64,000 nt of DNA, taken from assembly GCA_016211945.1 (NCBI GenBank), contig JACRHV010000003.1:69631-133630 (forward strand), read 5' to 3'. Each line of letters opens with the position of its first letter. Position 1 is the first letter of the stretch. The position numbers were made by a program, and so were the translations under genes. Positions 19,573-28,191 of the stretch are shown one piece after another. The notes under the pieces are model-generated. The model had not been told where the DNA came from, did not search any database, and saw nothing but the letters and a program-made list of their open reading frames with translations. Origin of the DNA: Minisyncoccota bacterium. Lineage in GTDB: Bacteria; Patescibacteriota; Microgenomatia; UBA1400; UBA12028.

Positions 19573-20535
19573 CACGTTGTATCTTACTGTATTGCTGCGT
19601 ATGATGCAACACATATGAATCAAAAAAACCTTGTTGCTCGCAGTTCGTTATGCGTTATTGCCTCCGCAATATTTTTTTCAACATATGGAGTGTGGTCAAA
19701 AATCATGATGGGTTATTTTGGAGAGTTCAGCCAAGCGTGGACACGCGCACTTTTATTGCTCATTATTCTCGTTCCGATTGGAATAATGCGAAAAAGTTTT
19801 CAAACTATACGAAAACAAGACATTCCCTGGTTTCTTATTATCTCGCTTTCTGGAGGTTTGAATCAAGCACCATACTTCTACGGTTTTGAACATCTGTCAG
19901 TTGGGACTGCAACACTCTTGTTCTATCTTATGTTGACCATTGGGACGTTTATCATTGGTGCGTTATTTTTTCATGAAAAATTTACATCAGAAAAATACAT
20001 ATCACTTGGGCTATCTGTTGTTGGACTCGGTATTCTCTACAAATTCTCTCTGTCTCCTTCTCAAATCCTCCCTGCAATTAGCACGATGGCGGCGGGGTTC
20101 ATGGGGGCGTCTGGCGTTGTTTTTTCAAAAAAACTCTCATCGCGATACTCAGAAACACAAATTCTTACTTCTCTTTTCATTGTCATGCTTCTCAGTAATG
20201 GGATATTGAGTATACTATTCAAAGAACAGGTGCCATTACTCACTTTTACCGCCCCGTGGTTTGCGCAGTTCGGGTATACTGGTGCTTTGGTCATCGCAAA
20301 CTCATTTGCCATTCTTGGATTTAAGTACCTCGAACCAAGCGTTGGTGGAATCCTTGGGTTACTCGAGGTCGTGTTTGCCGCCGTGCTTGGCGTTGTGCTC
20401 TTTCAAGAGAATGTAACACCGCAATTATTTTTGGGAAGTATATGCATCATTTTTGCCGCGGCGTATGTTGATCTTTCCTCTTTTATAAAACATACGTTTG
20501 ACAGAGAATACCCTCCCGACTACACTCATATCTAG
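19561..20535 (+). CDS. DMT-superfamily (EamA-like) transporter
   Basis: About ten TM helices in two EamA-like halves. Divergently placed next to the TrmB-like regulator. True start may be the internal Met near 19615. Confidence 0.55.
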   Translation: MIGHHVVSYCIAAYDATHMNQKNLVARSSLCVIASAIFFSTYGVWSKIMMGYFGEFSQAWTRALLLLIILVPIGIMRKSFQTIRKQDIPWFLIISLSGGLNQAPYFYGFEHLSVGTATLLFYLMLTIGTFIIGALFFHEKFTSEKYISLGLSVVGLGILYKFSLSPSQILPAISTMAAGFMGASGVVFSKKLSSRYSETQILTSLFIVMLLSNGILSILFKEQVPLLTFTAPWFAQFGYTGALVIANSFAILGFKYLEPSVGGILGLLEVVFAAVLGVVLFQENVTPQLFLGSICIIFAAAYVDLSSFIKHTFDREYPPDYTHI

Positions 20536-21469
20536 AGTGAAAAAAGTATTCGATATTATCACGTGGTCTGTTCTCTCTTTTCTTCTTATTCCCAGTGGCT
20601 TGGTTTTGGCCTCGTGGAACAGCGTTCCGGGAGAACCACTTTATGCAGTGAAACTCGGGTTAGAAAGATCCTTACTCGCTGTTGTACCATCGTCCGCACT
20701 CCAAAGTTCTCTTCAGGTGAAATATACGGAACGTCGTTTTGACGAAGCATCGCAGACTTTAGATACAACTTTTGCAACAGAAGCGCTCACGAATTTTGAT
20801 CAACAACTTGTTGCAACCACACTGACGATCAGCCAAGTGAAAAATGCTCAGGATCAATCACAGTTGGCAGATTCATACATTCAAACACTCACGAAGGTGA
20901 GCGCAAAACTCGAAGAAAGAAAACAGACTATCGCACTTTCAACGCCAACGGCTCCTGGAGCACAAACCGTGCAAACTCCGCAAACACTCGAGACAATCCA
21001 ACCCACACCGCAATCACAACCAGTACAGCAAGTAACCCAACAAACACCAACGCCAGCCGTCATCCAGCAACCTGCCACCGTAGGCACCGAACAACCACAA
21101 CCTGTTGCAGTACAAATTCCCACAAAAGAGCAAAAATCGACACCTACAACAATACAGACGCAACCACAAGAAACTCTAAAGAAAACACCGGTCCCCTTGC
21201 TCATCACCACTCCAACATCACAACCAAAAACTCAAAACTCACCGGTTTTCACTCCAAGTCCCACAAAGGCGCCCGTGATACGTCAAGCTGAGGTTGCCGC
21301 GCAAATAGTGGAGACGCAGCACAAGATTATTGAGGAAATAAAGCGTGTTGAAGAAATTAAACGCGAGGCAAATAAACATCGTGAAGAAAAAAACAACGAG
21401 GAAAAAAGGGGTGAGAAGAAAAACAGAGAAGAAGAATCAGATAAAAAGAAAGAGAAAGTAAAAGAATAA
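20498..21469 (+). CDS. membrane-anchored hypothetical protein with P/T/Q-rich low-complexity linker and K/E-rich C-terminus
   Basis: One N-terminal TM (ITWSVLSFLLIPSGLVLASW). About 100 aa of PTPQ/TPT repeats (20960..21270). The tail is REEKNNEEKRGEKKNREEESDKKKEK. An in-frame GTG at 20537 directly after the upstream stop is an alternative start. Confidence 0.5.
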   Translation: MTENTLPTTLISRVKKVFDIITWSVLSFLLIPSGLVLASWNSVPGEPLYAVKLGLERSLLAVVPSSALQSSLQVKYTERRFDEASQTLDTTFATEALTNFDQQLVATTLTISQVKNAQDQSQLADSYIQTLTKVSAKLEERKQTIALSTPTAPGAQTVQTPQTLETIQPTPQSQPVQQVTQQTPTPAVIQQPATVGTEQPQPVAVQIPTKEQKSTPTTIQTQPQETLKKTPVPLLITTPTSQPKTQNSPVFTPSPTKAPVIRQAEVAAQIVETQHKIIEEIKRVEEIKREANKHREEKNNEEKRGEKKNREEESDKKKEKVKE

Positions 21470-21497
21470 TAAATAGATCAATTTTACGGATATGTTG

Positions 21498-21568
21498 CGG
21501 GGGTGAAAGGAATCGGACCTATGTTCGCGGTTTTGGAGACCGCTGTTCTACCACTAAACTACACCCCC
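21498..21568 (-). tRNA. tRNA-Trp (anticodon CCA)
   Basis: RNA: GGGGGTG TA GTTT AGTGGTA GAAC A GCGGT CTCCAAA ACCGC ... CACCCCC G. Anticodon loop CTCCAAA. T-loop is TCCGATT with a U-U mismatch in the T-stem. Confidence 0.7.
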
Positions 21569-21683
21569 ATTTTCACTAAAATTTCTCTAGTATTGTATCG
21601 TTTCTTGGGATAAAAGCCAATTCACCATTCTTTCGCATCCTTTTCGTATACCAGAGACAACTGTAATCTGCTACAGTGGTGAT

Positions 21684-23057
21684 ATGCCCAACCACCTCCT
21701 TGACTCCCAACTCACCACTCTTCTCCAAAGCGACAAAACGTTGTTGGAAAAAACACGTTTTCCCATCGTGACTGTTTCATCTACCTTCCGTGAAGATCTT
21801 AAGCAATTTCACGGGATGGATCATGACCCGTTTATGCGCGACATTGTATTTTCCCGCGCACATTTTTCCATGGCATTTGCTGTTGCCGTTCATACATGGA
21901 TGTCTTCCGGTGCAGATCAAGAATGTCCACTGTCAGAAAAAATCACCGCCCCATGTGATGCCAAAACTGCGTGGCTTGTTGACCCCACAAATTACGTTCG
22001 ATCAGAAGATTGGTCAAAAATCCAGTCAACCGAGTATATTGGTAGAAAACTCGCGCGCAACGCATTTCTCAAATGGGTGAAGGACCAAATCGATACCTTT
22101 GCGCGTAATCGCCTTCCCATCACCACCGCCATCACTCCTCCGCTTCTCCATCTTTTTGAACATGTGGAGAAACCGATTATTTCCATGCATTACGAGGCCG
22201 GAAATATCTTGGGTGGAATTGGAAAACGCGTTGTGCAGGTCGTCACTGATCCTCATGTCCGCGACCAATACCTCACCCTTTCTCATCTCAAAAATATGAG
22301 GTACTGCGTCATGGACGAGAAAACAAAACAAGATTTTCTTGAAAAAGCCGCGATATTTGGAAAAGATGTTGATCCGAATCGAATCATTGTCACCGGACCT
22401 CCCATAGATCCGCGCGTTGTTGCGGCTCGCCAAAAGAAAAATGCGTTTTCGCTCAAAAAACGGCCTCTTCGCTTGTGTATTACAACCGGAGGACTCGGCA
22501 CCAACAAAGAGGAAATTCGTGAGATGCTCTCTTTGCTTTTTGATTTACTAAGAAAACGCCCCGCGCACATTCAAGTACTTTGCTACGGAGGAACAAACCA
22601 CGACTTCACTACTATGATTCAAGATGTCGCACGTGATGAACGCGTTGCAATTTCTCCTCTAGAGGATGACTCGGCCCCGTTCCGTCTTATCCACGGAAAA
22701 CACATTGTTGGATTAAATGAACAACTCATCACCTACGGATTCGCTTGGGCAGATGGATTCATTTCTAAACCTTCTGGTGATATGGCGTACGATGCTGCGG
22801 CGGCCGGATGCTTCCTTCTCTTTCTTGCTCCTTGGGGTGAGTGGGAGCGGAATATTCAAGAGGTGTTTGAGCAACGCGGGATTGGACGGCGCGCACAAGT
22901 GCAGCACATCAAAGAACAGATAGAACTTTTAGCCTCTCCGCTGACCCAACATCATGAAAGTTGGTTTGCAAAAGCACAACAAAATGCATTGGATCTTCCG
23001 CCTTTATTTCTCAATGGAGCAAAGAAAATACTCACTGTCGCCAAAGAGTGGAAATAG
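21684..23057 (+). CDS. hypothetical protein; C-terminal half resembles the nucleotide-sugar-binding domain of GT-B glycosyltransferases (MurG / MGDG-synthase-like)
   Basis: CITTGGLGTNKEE...YGGTNHD...ISKPSGDMAYDAAAAG pattern resembles the Glyco_tran_28_C region. Weak; by-eye only. Confidence 0.35.
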   Translation: MPNHLLDSQLTTLLQSDKTLLEKTRFPIVTVSSTFREDLKQFHGMDHDPFMRDIVFSRAHFSMAFAVAVHTWMSSGADQECPLSEKITAPCDAKTAWLVDPTNYVRSEDWSKIQSTEYIGRKLARNAFLKWVKDQIDTFARNRLPITTAITPPLLHLFEHVEKPIISMHYEAGNILGGIGKRVVQVVTDPHVRDQYLTLSHLKNMRYCVMDEKTKQDFLEKAAIFGKDVDPNRIIVTGPPIDPRVVAARQKKNAFSLKKRPLRLCITTGGLGTNKEEIREMLSLLFDLLRKRPAHIQVLCYGGTNHDFTTMIQDVARDERVAISPLEDDSAPFRLIHGKHIVGLNEQLITYGFAWADGFISKPSGDMAYDAAAAGCFLLFLAPWGEWERNIQEVFEQRGIGRRAQVQHIKEQIELLASPLTQHHESWFAKAQQNALDLPPLFLNGAKKILTVAKEWK

Positions 23058-23083
23058 AAAAGACACCCGAAAAAAGAGAGAAA

Positions 23084-23263
23084 CTACTTCAATTTACTTG
23101 ATTCTTTGTGTTCTGTTGGCTTCCTGCATGTTTTGCAGTATTTGCGCAACTTGAGTTTTTCTGGCGTGTTAATTTTATTCCGCTGTGTAATATAGTTAAA
23201 CATACCGCACACTGAGCATTTCAAACCAAATGCTTGTCGTGGACCTTTTTTACCTTTTGCCAT
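23084..23263 (-). CDS. rpmG: 50S ribosomal protein L33
   Basis: Not in ORF track (59 aa). Translation MAKGKKGPRQAFGLKCSVCGMFNYITQRNKINTPEKLKLRKYCKTCRKPTEHKESSKLK has the L33 MAKG start, CxxC...CxxC zinc ribbon and the KNK..PEKL.L.KY motif. Confidence 0.8.
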   Translation of the reverse strand: MAKGKKGPRQAFGLKCSVCGMFNYITQRNKINTPEKLKLRKYCKTCRKPTEHKESSKLK

Positions 23264-23292
23264 ACATTCCTTCCATTGTTACTGAAATACTG

Positions 23293-23364
23293 AGCCATCT
23301 CAGGGATTCGGACCCTGGACCTGCTGTTTACAAAACAGCTGCTCTACCACTGAGCTAAGATGGC
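23293..23364 (-). tRNA. tRNA-Thr (anticodon TGT)
   Basis: RNA: GCCATCT TA GCTC AGTGGTA GAGC A GCTGT TTTGTAA ACAGC AGGTC CAGGG TCCGAAT CCCTG AGATGGC T. Canonical cloverleaf. Confidence 0.8.
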
Positions 23365-23424
23365 GAAATTATAGCACACCAGATTCGTATTGTATCAGAG
23401 GAAACCGCGGGATCAAAGATGGAT

Positions 23425-24432
23425 TTATCTCTTCGTTTTCCCAAATCTTCTCAGACAGGATTGAACAATTCCCCAGATATAGTCCTCAAACGACATTCCC
23501 ACCGCGTGATGTGCAATAGGGATTGCCGACTCATCGTCATCCCCTAACCCAGGGTTACAGTTTGCCTCCAATACAAAGACCCTATCCCTCCGCACACGTA
23601 TATCAGCACGCATATAGTCACGATAATCGAGTTCTGCAAAAATTTTTGTACACACATCCTCTATTCCTTTTCTTAATTGTTTCGACATGTTCTTTGGTAA
23701 ACCAATGTCCGACATTTGATAGTCAGGATGCTTCTCATCCCACCGGCTCTCAAAGGTCAAATATGAATCTTTGCCCCTATATTTAAACAGTATTTCTACG
23801 GGAGGTAACACAACGGGTTTTCCATCCTTTTCTATCACTGCTACCTGAAACTCGCGACCCTCAATAAATTCTTCGGCAAAAACCGGCTCATCAAACCGTC
23901 GCATTTGTTCACGAACTTGTTTCTGCAATGCGCGAGCAGAATCAACAACCATGTCCCGTGATAAACCAATACTGCAATGCTGCAAACTTGGTTTTATGAT
24001 AATAGGATATTTAAAATCTTTTCGAATTGGTTCGTTGCCACGTATAAATGTTTGCCATCGCGGTGTTGGGATCTTTGCGCGATCAAATGCTCGCTTCATT
24101 AATACTTTGTCGGAAATCAAATGAAAATTGTGCGTTGTCGCTCCTGTAAATGGGATGCCAGATTGTTCAATGAGTAAACATGCAAACAATGCATACGGCA
24201 AATCCTTTCCCGTCCACTCGATGAGATTAAAAATGCAATCTGCTTGAATGTTTCGAATAATTTTTTCGATATGCTGCGCGTCAACGGGAACGAAAAATGG
24301 CCGTGTTTTTTTCTTTTTCAATGCATTGAAAATTTCAATCGCTGAATCTTTTGTGGTGTCATCCGTTATTGAAAACGATGTTTTTGCATAATTGTGCGTT
24401 GTTTTGCTATAAACGATCGCAATATTCAACAT
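23425..24432 (-). CDS. D-alanine--D-alanine ligase family ATP-grasp protein
   Basis: Ddl-like N-domain (MLNIAIVYS start), ATP-grasp fold with IIKPSLQHCSIGLS, EEFIEGREFQVAV and LEANCNPGL. Start set at the internal Met. Confidence 0.65.
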   Translation of the reverse strand: MLNIAIVYSKTTHNYAKTSFSITDDTTKDSAIEIFNALKKKKTRPFFVPVDAQHIEKIIRNIQADCIFNLIEWTGKDLPYALFACLLIEQSGIPFTGATTHNFHLISDKVLMKRAFDRAKIPTPRWQTFIRGNEPIRKDFKYPIIIKPSLQHCSIGLSRDMVVDSARALQKQVREQMRRFDEPVFAEEFIEGREFQVAVIEKDGKPVVLPPVEILFKYRGKDSYLTFESRWDEKHPDYQMSDIGLPKNMSKQLRKGIEDVCTKIFAELDYRDYMRADIRVRRDRVFVLEANCNPGLGDDDESAIPIAHHAVGMSFEDYIWGIVQSCLRRFGKTKR

Positions 24433-24582
24433 ATAAAATATTTCCATTTTCCAGATCAAAATTTTTCTTTTTTATATATACATATTGACATTTTTTTTAT
24501 TTCCTATTCTATTAGTATAGAGAAAGAAAAAAAGAAAATGAATAGATCAATGCATTTGAGGATATTTTTCTTCACATAATAC

Positions 24583-25602
24583 TTGCCCATGAACACTTCA
24601 CATTCGTTACAAATCACCGTTATTTACAATCCCGAGGACAAAACACAAGCTGAAGAAATTGCTGTGACCGATGAGGGAATTGAACAAACTGCGGAAACAA
24701 TTGCCGACTCACTTCGTCTGTGTGGCTATGAAACACAGACATACGCCGTTTCTGAAAAGAATCTCTACTATTTGAAGCATAAGAAAACAGATGCTTTTTT
24801 TAATGTCTGTGAGGGCGCAGACATCCAAATGAAGGTTATTAAGCAACTAGAAAAATACGGCAAGGTTTTTACAGGTCCCGGTCCGCAAGTAATGAAGTTA
24901 ACCACGAATAAAATTGCATCAAAGAAAGTTTTTGAGAATATAGGAATTTCAACGCCTAAGTGGCAATTTTTTGTCACAGGAAAAGAAAAAATCGATCCCG
25001 ACCTCCACTTCCCACTCATTGTAAAACCGACAAACGAAGATTGTAGTATCGGAATCACGCAAGGTTCGATTGCGCTAAACGAAGAATCATTGTATGAACA
25101 AATTCAGCGCGTGTGCGAAACATATAAACACGGTGCGCTTGTTGAAGAGTTTATTTTGGGTAGAGAACTTCACTGCACCGTTGTTGGAAATGGTGATGAG
25201 GCTGTCGCGTTGCCGCTCGCAGAACTTCAGTTTACTGATGGACATACCGACGACCAGTTTATTTTTGATTACGAAGCAAAATGGATAGAAAGTTCGCCGC
25301 GAAATAACTATACGTTCATCTCACCCGCTCCAAGTGTTGACGACTCTATTACGCGCATTATCCAAAGCGAAGCAAAGCGCGCGTTTTTGGCCTTGAACAT
25401 GAAAGACTATGCACGATTCGATATTCGGTACAATATAGAGTCGAAGATGTGGTATTTTTTGGAAGCAAATGCAAATCCTTCTATTCAAAACGCCACAAAT
25501 GAAGCAACGACCATTTCTGCGAATGCGTCCGGTATGCGATATCATGAGTTCATTCAATCTATTGTGGAATCATGTACACAGCGTCATTTGTGCCAGGTGT
25601 AA
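24583..25602 (+). CDS. D-alanine--D-alanine ligase family ATP-grasp protein (paralog of 23425..24432)
   Basis: Same architecture: LIVKPTNEDCSIGIT, EEFILGRELHCTV, LEANANPS. Transcribed divergently from its paralog across a 150-bp AT-rich spacer. Confidence 0.65.
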   Translation: MPMNTSHSLQITVIYNPEDKTQAEEIAVTDEGIEQTAETIADSLRLCGYETQTYAVSEKNLYYLKHKKTDAFFNVCEGADIQMKVIKQLEKYGKVFTGPGPQVMKLTTNKIASKKVFENIGISTPKWQFFVTGKEKIDPDLHFPLIVKPTNEDCSIGITQGSIALNEESLYEQIQRVCETYKHGALVEEFILGRELHCTVVGNGDEAVALPLAELQFTDGHTDDQFIFDYEAKWIESSPRNNYTFISPAPSVDDSITRIIQSEAKRAFLALNMKDYARFDIRYNIESKMWYFLEANANPSIQNATNEATTISANASGMRYHEFIQSIVESCTQRHLCQV

Positions 25603-25638
25603 TTGTACAGTAATGTTATATTGAATGAGAAAAATCGT

Positions 25639-25890
25639 TTAGATTTCTAAAAGTGTTTTAAAGCTTTTGAGTTGCCGCGAAAGATCTACTACGGTAGGAT
25701 CTGACATATCTGGTATCAACCCCGTTTCTAGTTCAATAAGTCTCAGATTAAAATGAATTACCAGACTTTCAAAAACGACATACGCAAACTCACCCTCACC
25801 CCAATCAACTTTGGGGTTTTCTTTTTTCAAATCTGCTACAACTTGTTTTACAAGTTCTTCTTTTAATTCTATTGTATTTTCTACACCCAT
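25639..25890 (-). CDS. hypothetical small protein (83 aa)
   Basis: ORF only; acidic with no recognisable motif. Confidence 0.3.
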   Translation of the reverse strand: MGVENTIELKEELVKQVVADLKKENPKVDWGEGEFAYVVFESLVIHFNLRLIELETGLIPDMSDPTVVDLSRQLKSFKTLLEI

Positions 25891-25914
25891 ATATCCTCTT
25901 TATTTACTTTGTTG

Positions 25915-25997
25915 TGCCAGGTGTAGGATTCGAACCTACGGAGACCGAAGCCAACAGATTTACAGTCTGTCCTCGTTGACCGCTTGAGTAACCTGGC
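25915..25997 (-). tRNA. tRNA-Tyr (anticodon GTA), type II with long variable arm
   Basis: Anticodon arm CAGACTGTAAATCTG matches bacterial tRNA-Tyr. Long variable arm TTGGCTTCGGTCTCCG; T-arm TAGGTTCGAATCCTA; acceptor GCCAGGT/ACCTGGC. Confidence 0.85.
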
Positions 25998-26083
25998 AAT
26001 GTTCTGCATTGTATCATTCTAGAAAAAGATTTGGTAGAATTTGTCGTCTCTGCCAAGTAAAATGAAGTATGCGAAGATGACGT

Positions 26084-26158
26084 GCCTGGGTAGTTTAGTG
26101 GTAAAACAAACCCTTGGTAAGGGTTAGACCGTGAGTCCGATTCTCACTCCAGGCTCCA
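26084..26158 (+). tRNA. tRNA-Thr (anticodon GGT), CCA encoded
   Basis: GCCTGGG TA GTTT AGTGGTA AAAC A AACCC TTGGTAA GGGTT AGAC CGTGAG TCCGATT CTCAC TCCAGGC T CCA. Confidence 0.8.
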
Positions 26159-26519
26159 TTACTCTCCAGAGAGAATTTGTTGGGCTTGAACAAGAAAGTC
26201 TCGAACCTCTTCTACTGTAGCCTGACCGCCCCCCCCAATAGCACCATCTTTTTGCATACTTGCTAAGTTTTTGATCGAGGTTTTGGATTTCGTTAGAAAA
26301 ATTACTCGCGTGAAATCCCCATGTCAAAAATATCGCTAATCGACTATTTCTCGTTACGTGTTTCGGTAGAGCGTGATGAAGGAGAATAAAAAGATCTTTA
26401 TCATTCTTTGCAATCTCTATAATTTTTAGCGTAAATGCTATGCAATCAGCGTCGCTGTTTCTTGCTTGTATATCTTGCATCTCATTGATGTATGGAGAGA
26501 TATCAACACGTCGAGGCAT
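26124..26519 (-). CDS. hypothetical protein (doubtful)
   Basis: 131-aa ORF whose last 35 nt overlap tRNA-Thr(GGT) on the opposite strand. No motif. Possibly spurious or shorter. Confidence 0.25.
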   Translation of the reverse strand: MPRRVDISPYINEMQDIQARNSDADCIAFTLKIIEIAKNDKDLFILLHHALPKHVTRNSRLAIFLTWGFHASNFSNEIQNLDQKLSKYAKRWCYWGGRSGYSRRGSRLSCSSPTNSLWRVMEPGVRIGLTV

Positions 26520-26892
26520 ATCTGGTATTCTACCATGACAAAAATAAACCCCTGTAAACAGCTTGCGCTCTCACAGGGGGATTTAGGCTTTATAGAACCA
26601 CGGACTCATAAGAAAAGCCCCAAAACGGAAAGCGAGTTGAGGGTGGTTCCCCGGAAATCCAGGGTGGTAGGGGCGCTGCTTATTCCTCGGAATAAACGGA
26701 CAACCCGAACCGTACAAGTTAAAACTTGTAGAGGAAAAAGCTCCTCAGTTTGCTTTGCCGTTTCAGGGCACCTTCACTATGACAAACGCACAAATTCATG
26801 TCAATGGAAAAGAGACGAGAGTTGTTCTATACACCCTTGAGAGACTCCAGTGAGAATCGAGAGGTCTCGCGCCACACAGGATTTTTGCTCAT
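26520..26892. ncRNA. hairpin-rich ~370-bp noncoding gap; candidate structured RNA or long leader, family unassigned
   Basis: Several near-perfect stem-loops on the plus strand: CCCCTGT..(18 nt)..ACAGGGG near 26551..26582; TTATTCC-tc-GGAATAA near 26681..26696; TACAAGT-taaa-ACTTGTA near 26712..26729. GC-rich patches in an otherwise AT-rich spacer. Confidence 0.2.
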
Positions 26893-27789
26893 TTATATTT
26901 GAGGAACCGAGAACTCAGTGACCCATTCCGCTATCTTTTTTCCGTATTTCTCGTGTTCCATGACAAATTTAAGATGAGCCATAAAGTAATTCTCAGGATC
27001 GCCCGTTGTCATCCATTCGCCCTGCGTATGCTCGACTAACACCTGCTGTGTCTTAGCGATCTGTGTAATGGCATCCACCGTCCAAAGCTCACCGTCTTTC
27101 CCAACATTTTGTGGATTCAAATACTCAAACACGCTCGGCTTTAAGAGATACCGACCATATGACGCCAACAATGACGGCTGTTTACCCTTTTCCGGTTTCT
27201 CGATAATGTTATCGAGTTGATTTGTTGTCCCTTGTTTAAAACTAATGATGCCGTATTTATCCACAACTTCCTCAGACACTTCCTGTGCCATAATGATTCC
27301 CGCAACGCTGGGGTTCGCCTCATACATATCCACCATCACCTTGGCATCACCAACTTGACCGAACACCACATCATCACTATAGAGGACGAGAAACGCCTCC
27401 TCGGCTTCCACGTATTTTTGCGCCGAGGTTACCGGCGAACCATTGCCATACGGCAAACTGGGATCTTGTACGATCACGGTTATTTTTGGAAAGTTCAAAA
27501 CCTGCTGAACCGACTCGTATCGCTCTTCCTTGCCTTGCGCCACAAGTTGTTTACGAATACGGTTCACATTGTTATTAAAATAATCTTCATAAATCGGTTT
27601 CCCCTCCGGCGTTGCCACGATCACAATCTCCTCAATGCCAGCCTGCTGACATTCCTCAACAACAAACTGTATGATCGGACGATTGCCGAGCGGAAGCATT
27701 GCTTTTGGAACAGTTTTTGTGATGGGAAGATACCGGCTTGCAAATCCAGCGTCTGTGATAATTGCCTTTTTGACTCGAGCAGATGCCAT
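26893..27789 (-). CDS. galU: UTP--glucose-1-phosphate uridylyltransferase
   Basis: N-terminus KKAIITDAGFASRYLPITKTVPKAMLPLGNRPIIQFVVEE is the GalU nucleotidyltransferase signature. Confidence 0.8.
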   Translation of the reverse strand: MASARVKKAIITDAGFASRYLPITKTVPKAMLPLGNRPIIQFVVEECQQAGIEEIVIVATPEGKPIYEDYFNNNVNRIRKQLVAQGKEERYESVQQVLNFPKITVIVQDPSLPYGNGSPVTSAQKYVEAEEAFLVLYSDDVVFGQVGDAKVMVDMYEANPSVAGIIMAQEVSEEVVDKYGIISFKQGTTNQLDNIIEKPEKGKQPSLLASYGRYLLKPSVFEYLNPQNVGKDGELWTVDAITQIAKTQQVLVEHTQGEWMTTGDPENYFMAHLKFVMEHEKYGKKIAEWVTEFSVPQI

Positions 27790-27886
27790 AGCAAACCCCT
27801 TTCAACCACGAGGGGGCTTGTCACCCCCAGATTGTTGTATGTAGTGGATATGGTAATACGGAGGCGGTTGGGTGTCAAACGACAGA

Positions 27887-27920
27887 AGGAGAGAGGTCGG
27901 ACCTAGGTCGGATCTCTCTC
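27887..27920. promoter_or_regulatory. imperfect 16-bp inverted repeat in the galU/secE divergent intergenic region
   Basis: GGAGAGAGGTCGGACC ta GGTCGGATCTCTCTCC (14 of 16 complementary). Possible operator or RNA hairpin. Confidence 0.25.
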
Positions 27921-27991
27921 CTTTCTCCCCCCTTCCCTTTCCACTTTTTGCCTGCTACAATTCTCGTTCTTGATCTGTTACAATCTCGGGT

Positions 27992-28174
27992 GTGAATCCG
28001 ATAACGTTCATTCATCAAGTCCGTGAAGAACTGGCCAAGGTCACTTGGCCGAGCAGAAAAGAAACGCTGAACATGACTCTGATCGTCTTAGGTGTCAGCG
28101 TTGCGGTAGGACTGTACGTCGGGGGGTTGGATGCAGTATTCACCAGCCTCTTTGACTACATTATTAAACGATAG
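27992..28174 (+). CDS. secE: preprotein translocase subunit SecE
   Basis: 60 aa: amphipathic N-terminus (EELAKVTWPSRKE) and a single C-terminal TM. Immediately upstream of nusG. Confidence 0.65.
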   Translation: MNPITFIHQVREELAKVTWPSRKETLNMTLIVLGVSVAVGLYVGGLDAVFTSLFDYIIKR

Positions 28175-28191
28175 ACGAAACAAAGGAATCT

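Noticed and set aside
26466-26840. 124-aa plus-strand ORF across the structured intergenic region
   Set aside because: Very basic, low-complexity translation reading through hairpins, with no RBS. More likely noncoding.
26520-26892. tmRNA (ssrA) in the hairpin-rich gap
   Set aside because: No GGGG...UUCGAC 5' tRNA-like half, no T-arm/CCA 3' end, and no plausible tag-peptide frame ending in a hydrophobic A-A-stop on either strand.
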